Positions 1-10,635 of a DNA stretch of 64,000 nucleotides are shown here, piece after piece. Source of the DNA: Dudresnaya verticillata (lineage: Eukaryota); contig OZ374561.1 in the NCBI GenBank assembly GCA_977862235.1, forward strand, positions 2,170,001-2,234,000, read 5' to 3'. Below the pieces are notes generated by a model. That model searched no databases and was not told the DNA's origin. It saw only the letters and a program-made list of their open reading frames with translations. The translations under genes were made by a program, and so were the position numbers. The stretch's first letter is position 1, and every line of letters begins with the position of its first letter.

Positions 1-448
1 CTTATCGTTCTCAGTTTACAGCTACAAGTACAGTAGTATCAATAACAGCTAGCAATGAATTACTTGTTGGCGTAAGTGATTGGAGGGAGAGCCCGCTTGC
101 ATACACTCCTCTGGACTATGCACATGTTCATGTTGCCTTGCAGCGCTCCATCTTGGGCTATCAGATGAATTCGAGTAGCTTGCAATGGGCAAGTATTTCG
201 TCCTTTGTGAAGTAATCAACGATGCCACTGCAGCAGAGGTACTTCAGAAACGAGCAGAAGCGGGATGGGGTATCGCTAACTTTCCCAGGAGCTAGTGGCG
301 GAGAATTATTGATTGTCATCCAACTTGTTCGTACTTCCGAAGAACTACAAGACAGGCCGCCCAAGGAATCGAAAAGAGTTTCTCCTTTTGTTCTCAAAAC
401 TCCAGTCTTTGCCGGCCTTACTCGTTAAGAGATTGGGGCTGGAAAGTA

Positions 449-1444
449 ATGGTGTTGCCCAGCAAATCATCGTCATATAGAATCGCAAACCTAACCGTCT
501 TCATTGTCCTGGCGAGTTGTGCTTTCCATTGCAATGCGCATGAGCTCACTGTGAAATTCAATGAAGGTCTGTGCCTGGAGAGCGCTTATGCGGAAGCTCA
601 ACTGCTAGAAGAAGGTGCCTGCAACAAAAATCTATTACAGAGTGCAATTGCTTGTGGATGCTTGCAAAGGTTCAGGTCAGGTAATGAAGCAGCCACTGCG
701 AAATGTCGTGAGTTTCTCAGTCCAGATCTCAACGAATACCAGGAACATTGTACTAGGTTCGTGAGTGGAGGGGGTTTGCGGGAACAAGAGCTGCAGACTG
801 CTCTCTCAAGCCATGGTGAGAATTGCTTTCCGAAACATTTTCGCGACGCCATGGACAGGCCTCTTCGGAACGCAACTGGCCATGTTGTTGAGGCATGCTG
901 GCTCACGCTTCTGCGCGTGACTCTGGATCCGTTCGTGCAGAGTGAACAACAACTGGAGTCATCAGTACACAAACAAGACACTGAAACTTTGATCAATAGC
1001 AGCACAGTAAGGCGCAAGACGGTTAAGACTTGCTCCAATTCGGGTTTCTCTTTTCGAACACGAGAGGGTGGCTTTCTATGGAAGATTACACGGAAGTGCA
1101 GATGCCGAAGAGTGAAATGCAACTGCTTTTCGCAGACTCTGAAATGCTTCTGCCATTGTGTCGTGCAGAGGAGGAAAAGACGGTGCAACTGCCAAGAACG
1201 AAAAATCTGCAATCGCCAAACGGGTTGCAATCGGATTAGACGATGTTGTTGCTGCCCGAGCTGGCAACAAACCCGTCGAAGAGTTCCAACAAGACCCCCA
1301 ATACCACCACCAACGCAGCCTCCAAATCACAGCAGCATTCCTGCCCGCTTCGTACTCGGGACCCGTGATAGTCGATCCTCGTTTAGACACAAATCCCTTC
1401 GACTTGCATACTACAATTGGCCGCTAACCTCTGGAGACGAATGA
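449..1444 (+). CDS. Putative secreted cysteine-rich protein (331 aa), function unknown
   Basis: ATG-initiated ORF with an N-terminal hydrophobic stretch (LTVFIVLASCAFHCNA) resembling a signal peptide, a Cys/Arg-rich C-terminal third with repeated CxC motifs, and a Pro-rich tail. No family recognised. Confidence 0.55.
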   Translation: MVLPSKSSSYRIANLTVFIVLASCAFHCNAHELTVKFNEGLCLESAYAEAQLLEEGACNKNLLQSAIACGCLQRFRSGNEAATAKCREFLSPDLNEYQEHCTRFVSGGGLREQELQTALSSHGENCFPKHFRDAMDRPLRNATGHVVEACWLTLLRVTLDPFVQSEQQLESSVHKQDTETLINSSTVRRKTVKTCSNSGFSFRTREGGFLWKITRKCRCRRVKCNCFSQTLKCFCHCVVQRRKRRCNCQERKICNRQTGCNRIRRCCCCPSWQQTRRRVPTRPPIPPPTQPPNHSSIPARFVLGTRDSRSSFRHKSLRLAYYNWPLTSGDE

Positions 1445-3437
1445 AAAACATACTGTGCTACGACGCCAAACAGATCGCCTACGTGCTCTGCTTCCTTCGA
1501 AGCTTTGGTGGGTGAATGCCAACACCTCTACTCCTTTCTTTGGAAGCTAACAAAAAGCCTCTGAGGGAGCGTGAAATATTGGACCCCAGTGCTACGCATT
1601 GCACTATGGCCTACGACAAAGAAATACAGTCACAAAAATTAACTTTGCCCTTTGCTTAGTCTGGTGCCGCTCGAAGCTCTCCTTCGCATCCTCTCCACGC
1701 CCCTGCGAGCGTTGTAACAACCCAAAAGCTATCCAAATAGCGGTCGAAAACATTTTGAGGCTAACGGAAGTTGGGCGAACTACAAAATGTAGTCTACAAT
1801 CAACAGACACGCATAGCACATAGCACGCAGGTGCACACCATACAAAGAAACTCTTACACAGTCCTGGGGCAGCCACGGGGCCATCGGCCAAATCCTGAAG
1901 AGAAAACGAACCGAATGCGTTCCAAATCGGTCCCTCGTGCGACCACTGGCACCCTCCAACACACCTACGGCTTATAAATTTAGAGCTGCATCCTACTGGT
2001 AATTATTAAGGCTGCAAGGGTCGCCAAAGAGGGTGTGTTTTTAGTTGCTCAGGGCGAACTTGAATAATTGTTCATGTTGAGTAGAGCGGTATTCCCTTAC
2101 GTGCAATTCCTGTGATTTGTTTTCTAGTACCCATGCATGAACCCATCTCTCTCTTTCTGATGCCAAGACACTTTAGCAAGAAGACATTTACATATCAGGA
2201 CGGTTCCTGAAATGCAGCAGAAGAAGCTTACGGCTGGGAACGGAAAATGTGCCATGGCACTGCGTGTATCTACACCATCACAGATGACAGATGTGATATG
2301 CATTGTCAGTTTTTCTTTTTCTTTTTGCCTGAAACTTGCTTTCTAGTGTTGCCGGAGTCTGTATACACGAACGAACCATACATGGAAGATGATACAAACT
2401 AGACTATGAAGGTTCTGGCAGGATCGCAAGATGGGGAATTGGGCGCTCTCATCAATCTCCCACTTGTACCGGAGGTGCTAGAAATACTGGGCTATTCTTG
2501 GAATTCTTGGTCAGCAGTCATGGCAGGTTTACTTTCCACCAGCAATAGGCTTTTGGCAGATGCTGGGACGTGCATACCGCTCTAAATCTTGCCATCGGGG
2601 ATTAGGGGTTAATGAATTCAAGAAAATACATGCTTTTCATATTGCAATACTCGTGCTGCCCGTTTATGGTAGAGATAGTTTAACGAAGTAGCTTCTCGTG
2701 GCCCCTCAGAGCTTCAGTGTAGCACTCTTTAGACGGGCAACAGATTTTTCGGAAGAAACAATAATGCATCCGCTCCTCTTTGCTTTGCAAGAATCGCGGG
2801 TCTCCCGGCACTGCTCCGGAGAATATTGGGAGTGGTTCTCCGGAAGTTACGGGAAGCGCAAGGATTGATTGATTAAAAAAATGTCGCCTGTTTGTACGTA
2901 GAGAATACACAGGGTTGCAGTTGCGGTAAAAGCGGAGAAGATATCTTGAAAGCATGCGCTGTAGTGTAGAGAAAGGATGTACATATCAGCTGGCTGGAAG
3001 GGCTGAGCTCGACAGAGGGACGTAAATAGCTCGGCTGGGATGAAGAACGTGTTCGAGGTAGCGACTGTCACGGCTCTAGTGTTCAGCCTTGATGATGAGG
3101 ATGTTTCAAGACGAATATGGTCGGGAAGAGCGTAAAGCAGAAAGCATCTGCGGAGGAGAGCGCCTACCAGATGCGCCGTGGAGGGCGTCAAAATGGTTCC
3201 TGATGCTAAAAGCAATGTTGAGTGTATTTATGCCGACGGGTTGTAATAAAAGACCTGGATCTGCCGGTGCGAGATCAGACGATTGCAGCTTCCGTTGGTC
3301 GCTGATCTCGACGTATTCACTCCACCCTATGCCCCGTCCAGAAGGTTCACCAAGGAGACCAACCGTTCTTTCTCCGCTTCCGCCTTCGCGTCTGTACTGC
3401 CGTCGGCGCGTCTCGGCGCAGCCCACGCGTCTCTGCC

Positions 3438-4772
3438 ATGGTTGCCTTCGCGCCGCCGGCGCCAGTCCGTCCCAGCCGCGGCGCATCACGCCTCCATGCC
3501 TCGCGCCACGCTGCCCCGCGCCAGGCGCCGCGGCGCCCCCTCGCCCGCATGGTGGCCAAACCGGAGAACGAGCCTGACGCCAAGATCTCGTCCACGGTGG
3601 AGCGCTTGTACGACACCTACCCGTTCCCGCCGGAAACGCTTTTGGATGAGGCCCCGATCGGCCACAACTGGCGCTGGCACTACCCCTCCGCCTACTCATT
3701 CTGCACAGGCCGCTCTCCGCCATCGCGCGACTCTCCCCTGCGCATTCTCGATGCCGGCTGCGGCACCGGAGAGTCCACCTCGTACCTCGTCCATCTTAAC
3801 CCTGGCGCCCAGGTCACCGGTATCGACCTGTCAGCAGGCGCGCTGCAGGTCGCGGAAGAGCGTCTGCGCCGGTCCGTTCCGGATGATATGGGCCGTGTCA
3901 CCCTCTCCCACACCAGCATTTTCGACGTTGCGGAGCTTCCTGGGCAGTTCGATCATATCAACTGCGTCGGTGTGGTGCACCACACCCCGGATCCGTTGCG
4001 TGCCGTGCGCGCGTTGGCAGAAAAGCTTGCACCGGGTGGCATTTTGCACATATTCGTGTATGCGGTGCATGGGCGGTGGGAGATCTCCCTAATGCAACAA
4101 GCCCTGGGCCTGTTGCAACGAGGGCAGCACCAGTTCGAGGACGGCGTCAAGCTTGGGCGGCAAGTTTTCGCAGCGCTGCCAGAGGGGAACCGTCTCAAGG
4201 AGCGGGAGAAGTCGCGCTGGGCTCAGGAGAACCTGAAGGATGCTACTTTTGCTGATATGTATCTACACCCGCAGGAGGTGGACTACGATATTCCGAGCCT
4301 GTTTCAGCTTATCGACGCTTCAGGACTGGAGTTTGTTGGGTTTTCCAACCCGCGGACATGGGATGTTGCTCGCGTTCTCGGGAGCGATCCAGAACTGGTG
4401 AAGCTTGCGAAGGGACTTGGAGAAAGGGAGCTATATCGGCTGGTAGAGCTGCTTGACCCGGAGGCAATTACACACTTCGAATTTTTCCTTGCCAAACCAC
4501 CCTTGGACCGTTTCAAGTGGGAGGATGATGATGAACTGGCCAACGCCAGTGCTGAGATGTCGATGTGTATAACTGGGTGGCCCAGCAAGCTCGTCATGGA
4601 CAGGGATTACTTCCCTATCATGATCGCTGAAGAAGAATACGCGTTTTTGGAGGTGATTACTGGCGACCAGGCACAGAACGTGGGTGATGCCGTCGCAAAG
4701 ACATCGATTTCATTCGATGGCGTTCGTGAACTCCTTCGGAAGGGTGTCATACTGCTTTCACCTGGCAGCTAG
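3438..4772 (+). CDS. Class I SAM-dependent methyltransferase, probably plastid-targeted, cyanobacterial-like (444 aa)
   Basis: Motif I ILDAGCGTGE, post-I VTGIDLS, motif II FDHINCVGVVHH, motif III LAPGG. The Ala/Pro/Arg-rich N-terminus (MVAFAPPAPVRPSR) resembles a transit peptide. Confidence 0.88.
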   Translation: MVAFAPPAPVRPSRGASRLHASRHAAPRQAPRRPLARMVAKPENEPDAKISSTVERLYDTYPFPPETLLDEAPIGHNWRWHYPSAYSFCTGRSPPSRDSPLRILDAGCGTGESTSYLVHLNPGAQVTGIDLSAGALQVAEERLRRSVPDDMGRVTLSHTSIFDVAELPGQFDHINCVGVVHHTPDPLRAVRALAEKLAPGGILHIFVYAVHGRWEISLMQQALGLLQRGQHQFEDGVKLGRQVFAALPEGNRLKEREKSRWAQENLKDATFADMYLHPQEVDYDIPSLFQLIDASGLEFVGFSNPRTWDVARVLGSDPELVKLAKGLGERELYRLVELLDPEAITHFEFFLAKPPLDRFKWEDDDELANASAEMSMCITGWPSKLVMDRDYFPIMIAEEEYAFLEVITGDQAQNVGDAVAKTSISFDGVRELLRKGVILLSPGS

Positions 4773-5167
4773 GCAGATGTGTCACTGGCCTGTGTTGTTT
4801 TACTTTGTTGTAGTCAGAGTTTTCAGAGCTCTACAGCCGTTGGTTGCGGTTTGAGGGTTTCGGCGCTTCCATGATAGCGGAAATGGCTTTTGTATGCCGT
4901 GGGACATGGGTACAGAACCCGCGAAGCCAGTTGTCGAGACGGTATGCACGAGGAAGGCCATGCAAATAATCCAAAGCTGCAGCCACGGTTGGTTATACAT
5001 CTAACAACGTTGTAGCGCGCATGTTAGCTATGGGTACCGCCCTCTCGATCTTTCCCAGCACGATTTGAAAAGTTCCACACGGTCGCTGTCATTCTTCATC
5101 GCTCATCTGTTGCGCCGATTCCAATGTGCGGGCATATTCTGCATTTCTAGGCCACAGCGATCCGGAG

Positions 5168-6496
5168 CTACTCAACGGACGCTTCTGTGCTTGAATCTGA
5201 AGAGGCATCTATGTGCACAACGTCGGTATCTCCCTCTTTTCGAAGAGCAGTTGAAGCGGCAGGCTTCCGCTCTTTCATCCGATCGCCCTTAACATGCTTT
5301 CCGCCATGACGCGAAGTAGACACCTCAGCATTAGGTCCTTCCTTGTCTTTCCTTCGCAGCCCAGAGGGCGGTCTGGCTGCACCCTTTGGGTGAAAGAAGT
5401 CAGTGGTGAGATACTTGACCATCTCAGACAACCCGCCGTGACCTGCAACTCGATACGCCTCCTTTGCACGGTCCTCCTCATATCCGGAGTGAATCAGGGC
5501 GAGCACAGTAGATGGAAGCATCGACGCGGATGAGCTCGCAGACGACCCAGCCGCCGACTCGCCTCTCGAAGCCTCAACCAGCGACAAGGCAAGAACGGCC
5601 CGTTCGACCTCATCTTGCGTAACTTGCGCGTCAGCCGTGGTGAGCTCCACATCTGCGAGGAGATCATTAGGCTGCTTTGCGACTGACGGTGCGGCCTTCT
5701 GTGGGGTGGAATGCACGGGCTGCACGGCGTTGTAATGACTGCCACGATGAAAGCTAAGCCGGATAGGATCGGGGTGCCCAGAGTACCCTCCGAACGGCTC
5801 AATAATATTTGCAGGCGTGTCCGAGTACGAGTAAACCTCAATCTGCCGTCCGAACAACTCCGACGCCGCTTGCAGCTCTAGATGGTTGCCATGGACCCCA
5901 TCACGTCTCTTTCGGCGAACGTACCTTGCAAAGTCCTCTGCGACAAACTGGGAAAAGTAGTCACGCTCTTGCACCAGGTATTCAATCACCTTCGCGCGTA
6001 GGGCAGCATGCAGCTCAGCATCAGCCCAGAGTGCGTGAGCGAGGGCGCGGAAGAGGCAGTTTCCATCTGCGCGCATCTCGACGATGCGCAGGCCGCGCGC
6101 CGCAAGTGCGCGTGAGAAGTGGCGTTCACGCTCTCGAAGGCTGCGTGCGGGGGCCTCGGGCGGCGCAGCACGTGACAGGGCGCGGTCGCCGTGCTCGTCC
6201 TCCGAGTTGTACGCCTCCGTGAGCCCACTGGACCCTGAATCCGACGCGCGTTCGTCATCGGGCTGCGGAGGCGGGGACTTTGGTAGAGGCGAATCAGCGG
6301 GCGGCGGCGGCGGCGGTGCTGGTAGCGGCGGCGACGGCGGACGGGGGGGTGACGGGGGCGGTGCGGCAGGCGCCGGCGGCGGTGGTGGCGCTGCGACCGG
6401 TGCCGCGGCCGAGGCGGCCGGCAGAGGTGGGGACGAGGCCGCGGCGGTCGGCGCGGGTTTCACAGGGCGCCCCTGGCTGTCCAGGCGGACGCGCAT
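5168..6496 (-). CDS. OTU-domain deubiquitinase, OTUD5/OTLD1-like (442 aa)
   Basis: Catalytic DGNCLFRA and SFHRGSHYNAV motifs plus GNHLELQA. Pro-rich N-terminus; UIM-like VERAVLALSL and a UBA-like helical segment downstream. Confidence 0.92.
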   Translation of the reverse strand: MRVRLDSQGRPVKPAPTAAASSPPLPAASAAAPVAAPPPPPAPAAPPPSPPRPPSPPLPAPPPPPPADSPLPKSPPPQPDDERASDSGSSGLTEAYNSEDEHGDRALSRAAPPEAPARSLRERERHFSRALAARGLRIVEMRADGNCLFRALAHALWADAELHAALRAKVIEYLVQERDYFSQFVAEDFARYVRRKRRDGVHGNHLELQAASELFGRQIEVYSYSDTPANIIEPFGGYSGHPDPIRLSFHRGSHYNAVQPVHSTPQKAAPSVAKQPNDLLADVELTTADAQVTQDEVERAVLALSLVEASRGESAAGSSASSSASMLPSTVLALIHSGYEEDRAKEAYRVAGHGGLSEMVKYLTTDFFHPKGAARPPSGLRRKDKEGPNAEVSTSRHGGKHVKGDRMKERKPAASTALRKEGDTDVVHIDASSDSSTEASVE

Positions 6497-6696
6497 GGCG
6501 GGGAAAGGGGTGGGTGTGCCAGGAGGTCGGCGGGGGTGTGGAGCGAGGCAGATGGGTGATTAAAGCGACATGACAAGGTACGTCCTGTCGTTCTCGTTGG
6601 CATCCTAATGTAAGGAGGTGTAAATGGGGGCGTTTAATTAATGTTACTTGGGTTTCCTTTGCGTCGTGCTCGGCAAGCGCTGGAAGGTGCGCGTCG

Positions 6697-9552
6697 TCAG
6701 CTGAAAAAGTACGGCGAGTCCTTCACGACCTCAAGGTCCAGCCTGCCGCGCGGCGGCACCCTCGCGAACGAGATGCCAGGGTATCGTATGAGGAAGCTTT
6801 CCCGCAGCTCTTCGAGCAGGTCCCGCTGGTGCAACCGCACAAACTCCTCTCGTAGTACCTCGTTCATCTGGTCCACACACGCCGCGTTGGTCCAGAAGCT
6901 GTCGTGCACAGCCGCGAACCGCAGGCCCTGTCGCTGGCACGAAATCGCCGTTTGAAGCATGTGCGCAGAGTCGATCGAGTGCACAAAGTTGGGCGCAAAC
7001 GCGCTTCGTTGCCGCGCCGTCGACACCGCGCTGTGCTCTCCGCTCTTCTCCAGCGTCACACGCTGCATCAGCGTCTTCACCACCACGCGGCCGCCTTGTC
7101 GGTACGGCTGCACTGCTGGCAGGCCCACTGCCGTTGTCCACTGCACCTCATGGCCCTGCCTCGAGATCCGTGTCGCTGCATCGTACAGCCAATCCATTGT
7201 CCGCGTTGCACCTGAGAATATGTCTCCCAACGACGAAAGAGTCAAGGACGCAAGCTTCATCGACGCCGCAAAGAGCTTTTCCTCAGGGAAGCCTTCGATT
7301 TCCGCCAGTCGGTTCCCGATCTGCTTCCGAGCCCCGATCAATGTTACACCGTACACGCTCGTCATCACAGTCTGCTTCACAACCTTCCGCGAGATCTTCC
7401 CCTGCAAAAGCTGCCCAATCTCGTCCCCTTGTGCTGCCAGCTCGTTGACCCGCTCGTTCACAAGTTTTGCCACCCCGCTGTACACATCTTGCGGCCGTTC
7501 CCGCGGCAGCAGATTCACTTGCTCTCCGCCCTCCACATCCCTTCCGAGCGCTGCGTAGTGCTGTAGCCCGTTGCATGACCCGTCCATGGAAATCGGTAGG
7601 CTACTTTTATACCCTTCCAGAGCTAGCTCTCCACCATGCCGTCCAAACCCGTTTGCCAGATCTTGGCACGCAGCCAAAAGTTGAAATGGGTCTTCGGCCT
7701 TACCCCACCATTCCAGATTAGCGTCCGACAGAGGGTCCTGCCCGACGCTAATAGCCTTGCTCATGTTCTCCTCAGCGAACTCGACTCGTTCTTTAAAGGA
7801 CAGCTTGTCCCCTCCAAGTTTGTTTGCTAGATGTACCTTTAACCAGTACACTCCACGCGGTCCAAGTTCAATACCCGGCTTCGCGAACGTCAACGTCGCC
7901 CTGGTCAGGTCGCAGCCCATGTGTTGGAGATAGACTGGAATCGGATAAGCTCGACCACGAAAGTCAACATTATGCGGGAGCCATATCCGCTCCTCATCAG
8001 CAAAACGTCTCGCATTCTCAATCTTATGCATTGTGTCTGCACGCTGTGATATCAGTTCTCGGTTTGACTTCTGTGCCTTTCGTCGTTCCATCCTCAAGCG
8101 CCACCTTGCTCTCTTCTCGTTGAAGACATCATCCGATTCATCCACATCCCCATCATTGTCCGCCTGATCTCGCAACTGTCGCGCTATTCGTTCTTCCTCG
8201 AACCGTCTTCGCTCCATCTCCAAAAATGCCTTCTTTTTAGGAACCTCTACGTCCGTCTTCGTCACCAGTCCAGCCATGCCTCCCCCGCAGTTCCAAAGAA
8301 CCTCTGCCGCCTCCAGTACTCTCTTGTTCACTTGCCATTCTGTATCCCCCAGAGCGTTGAGGCCGTCGTACAACACACTCAGATCCGCAGCATCTAATGC
8401 GCTGTCAAGCACTCTACCAACAAAACGAGCTTCTGTCCTTATCAAGTTTGCGTGGCAACTAAGGTACGGGCTCTGGCGCGGTGACACCCACGGCCGAGGT
8501 CGCACCAACATAGGTTGTTGTTTAGGTGTGACGCAATCCGCTAGGCAGTTATCATCCTCGCTGATCACTCGCATCGCTGCATCCGTGAGCTGCAGGCATC
8601 CCACGAGCACCATATCAGCCTTTCGGAACCTCTTGAAGTGTGAGAACGCGGGCTCAAAATTTCCATTTCCGTCATCGACTTGCGCCACGCGAACAAGACG
8701 GTCAATGATGTGCGTGCCAAGGAGCAGGACATCGCGCTCCTCCCATCGCGCATCTTGCACTGCAACCTGTTGCGCAGCGTAGTTGACTGCCGAAACTGTT
8801 GATGTGGAAGAGGCCAAAGCATTCTGCAAGACGGCTCTGGCAGAGCGTTGCTTCTTCTCCGGTTCTCGTTCATCCGCATTTCTGGCGGCCTTTTCCTGTT
8901 CTCTGCGCAGCGCAGTAATCTTCTGCATATTAATCTCTGCACGCACCGTGTTGCCGACCAAGAACGCCAAACGCGCAAGGGGGACTCCATTCGCTTCACG
9001 CATTAGTGCGCCGAGGACAACATGAATTGCAATAACACTAACTGCGTCCGATGGAAGTAATGCTAGCTTCTTAGCGACCTCCGCCGCAACGCCGTTGCGA
9101 CCTCCACCCGCCCTCCTGTTTCGGCGACGGCCCTCCTTCGTAGGCTGCTGTACTTCCGGACGCAGGGCGAGCGTGAGCGGTCCAAACCAAGACGCAAGCA
9201 GATCCGCAGCCGGTCTGTTTGAAACAACATCGCCGCGCGAGGTGGCATCGCGGGAGATCTTCCGCATGCGGGTGATGGCTGTCTGCAACACCTCCTCCTC
9301 GAGCTTCAGCTGCCGTTCATACGCGGGCTGCTCCTCTGGAGCATATAGGAAGATATCATCGGCACGAGACTTGGTACTCGGGCCGGGCATCGCCACGCGA
9401 GGCGAGAACAGGTGGTCCAGGACGTCGTCCTCGAAGAAGTCGAGTGGCGGCGGCGGGGCAGGCGTCTGCGCCGGCTGGACAGCCGAAGCTGCCGCTGCCG
9501 GCGAGGACAGTTGCCGCCTCAAGCGCGAAAGGCGCAGCGCTTGGCGCAGCAT
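6697..9552 (-). CDS. RPOT: T3/T7-type single-subunit RNA polymerase, organellar (likely mitochondrial), 951 aa from ATG 9552
   Basis: Motifs DFRGRAYP, DGSCNGLQHY, RKVVKQTVMTSVYG, PNFVHSIDS, AVHDSFWT and C-terminal YFFS. The Arg/Leu/Ser-rich presequence MLRQALRLSRLRRQLSS is the likely start; the ORF track extends upstream to 9912. Confidence 0.97.
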   Translation of the reverse strand: MLRQALRLSRLRRQLSSPAAAASAVQPAQTPAPPPPLDFFEDDVLDHLFSPRVAMPGPSTKSRADDIFLYAPEEQPAYERQLKLEEEVLQTAITRMRKISRDATSRGDVVSNRPAADLLASWFGPLTLALRPEVQQPTKEGRRRNRRAGGGRNGVAAEVAKKLALLPSDAVSVIAIHVVLGALMREANGVPLARLAFLVGNTVRAEINMQKITALRREQEKAARNADEREPEKKQRSARAVLQNALASSTSTVSAVNYAAQQVAVQDARWEERDVLLLGTHIIDRLVRVAQVDDGNGNFEPAFSHFKRFRKADMVLVGCLQLTDAAMRVISEDDNCLADCVTPKQQPMLVRPRPWVSPRQSPYLSCHANLIRTEARFVGRVLDSALDAADLSVLYDGLNALGDTEWQVNKRVLEAAEVLWNCGGGMAGLVTKTDVEVPKKKAFLEMERRRFEEERIARQLRDQADNDGDVDESDDVFNEKRARWRLRMERRKAQKSNRELISQRADTMHKIENARRFADEERIWLPHNVDFRGRAYPIPVYLQHMGCDLTRATLTFAKPGIELGPRGVYWLKVHLANKLGGDKLSFKERVEFAEENMSKAISVGQDPLSDANLEWWGKAEDPFQLLAACQDLANGFGRHGGELALEGYKSSLPISMDGSCNGLQHYAALGRDVEGGEQVNLLPRERPQDVYSGVAKLVNERVNELAAQGDEIGQLLQGKISRKVVKQTVMTSVYGVTLIGARKQIGNRLAEIEGFPEEKLFAASMKLASLTLSSLGDIFSGATRTMDWLYDAATRISRQGHEVQWTTAVGLPAVQPYRQGGRVVVKTLMQRVTLEKSGEHSAVSTARQRSAFAPNFVHSIDSAHMLQTAISCQRQGLRFAAVHDSFWTNAACVDQMNEVLREEFVRLHQRDLLEELRESFLIRYPGISFARVPPRGRLDLEVVKDSPYFFS

Positions 9553-10635
9553 CGTGTGCGGGGAACGTCTTGAGTGGGTGGTCAGTGCATTCTCGGGGCA
9601 ACTAAGTGCGTACTTGAGAATTAGGAGTAGCGACGGCGGCGGCGAAGTGTATGATACAGTAGTAGGAGAGCAGTCAGATCGTGCGGTAGGGGCAGAAGAA
9701 GCACGTGCGAATGAGCAGGTTCGATCGGGCCAGGGCCCGCAGCGCCAAAAATCGGCAGTTGAATCGTCATTTGCCCGGCGGCATGGCTCCTTGCAATTGG
9801 CTGTGTTTCGAGCCACTTTAGCCGGCCAATCGAAAGGGCAATCGCCGTTAAACAAAATCGTCGTCTCGGTGCCTTTGTTGAAGGCCCAGAAAGTCGAAGA
9901 CGATATTGTCATGAAGCTCCCAACCCAGTCGGTTCGCTGCTGTTATCTTGTTGCGGGCTCAAGACCACCATGTTGACCACGATTAGGAATGGGTCGATTC
10001 TCCACCTCAACGAGCAAGAAGAACGCGTCCAGAAGGCATGACCCGCAGGAGCACGAAGGAATGGTTCGTTACGCACCAAGGAATGGTTCGCTCTCTGTTG
10101 TAGGTTCCACATGCATCCCCAGCCAGTTGCTGCAGCAGTTTTGGAGCGATACGCAATTCATCAAGCTTGGCACGCGCACTACTAAGGCGTCGCGGCTAAA
10201 ACTAGGTCGTGTTTCGACATACATATCGACTGCGCACCGACGTTCACGATTTGAGAAGTTTTTAGAAGTGCTGACAGGACATGAACACAATCTTTCTTCA
10301 ACGGTTTATCGTACAATGAAGGTTGCGCAACCAAGATACAATCCTATCTTCGATATGCATATTCTTTCATAACACAACGGCGTGACTGTACGCCGCATCT
10401 CAGTTTGCAAGCACTACGCAATCTTAGGAGGGCACACCAATTTCTCACGCAGATACTCATCATCGCACTTGGTAAATGATATTCGGAAAATAAACGAAGC
10501 GCATAGCCTCTATAGACAGTCAAAATTCTCAGGGCGCCTTTCCATCTGTTCCAAACTTCAGTGAAACCAACTCGATCCAAGCCAACCCAATCCATTCCCT
10601 TGCGCCTTGCGTTTGGGAATCAGCGACCTCTAACT

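Noticed and set aside
1445..3437. Short ORFs and a GGGGATTAGGGG telomere-like word near 2597
   Set aside because: A single non-tandem occurrence, and the ORFs show no coding features.
6697..9912. T7-like RNA polymerase as evidence of a prophage or viral insertion; 120-aa N-terminal extension
   Set aside because: It has an organellar presequence at 9552, sits among ordinary nuclear genes and has no phage neighbours, so it is the standard nuclear-encoded RPOT. The extension looks like open 5' sequence.
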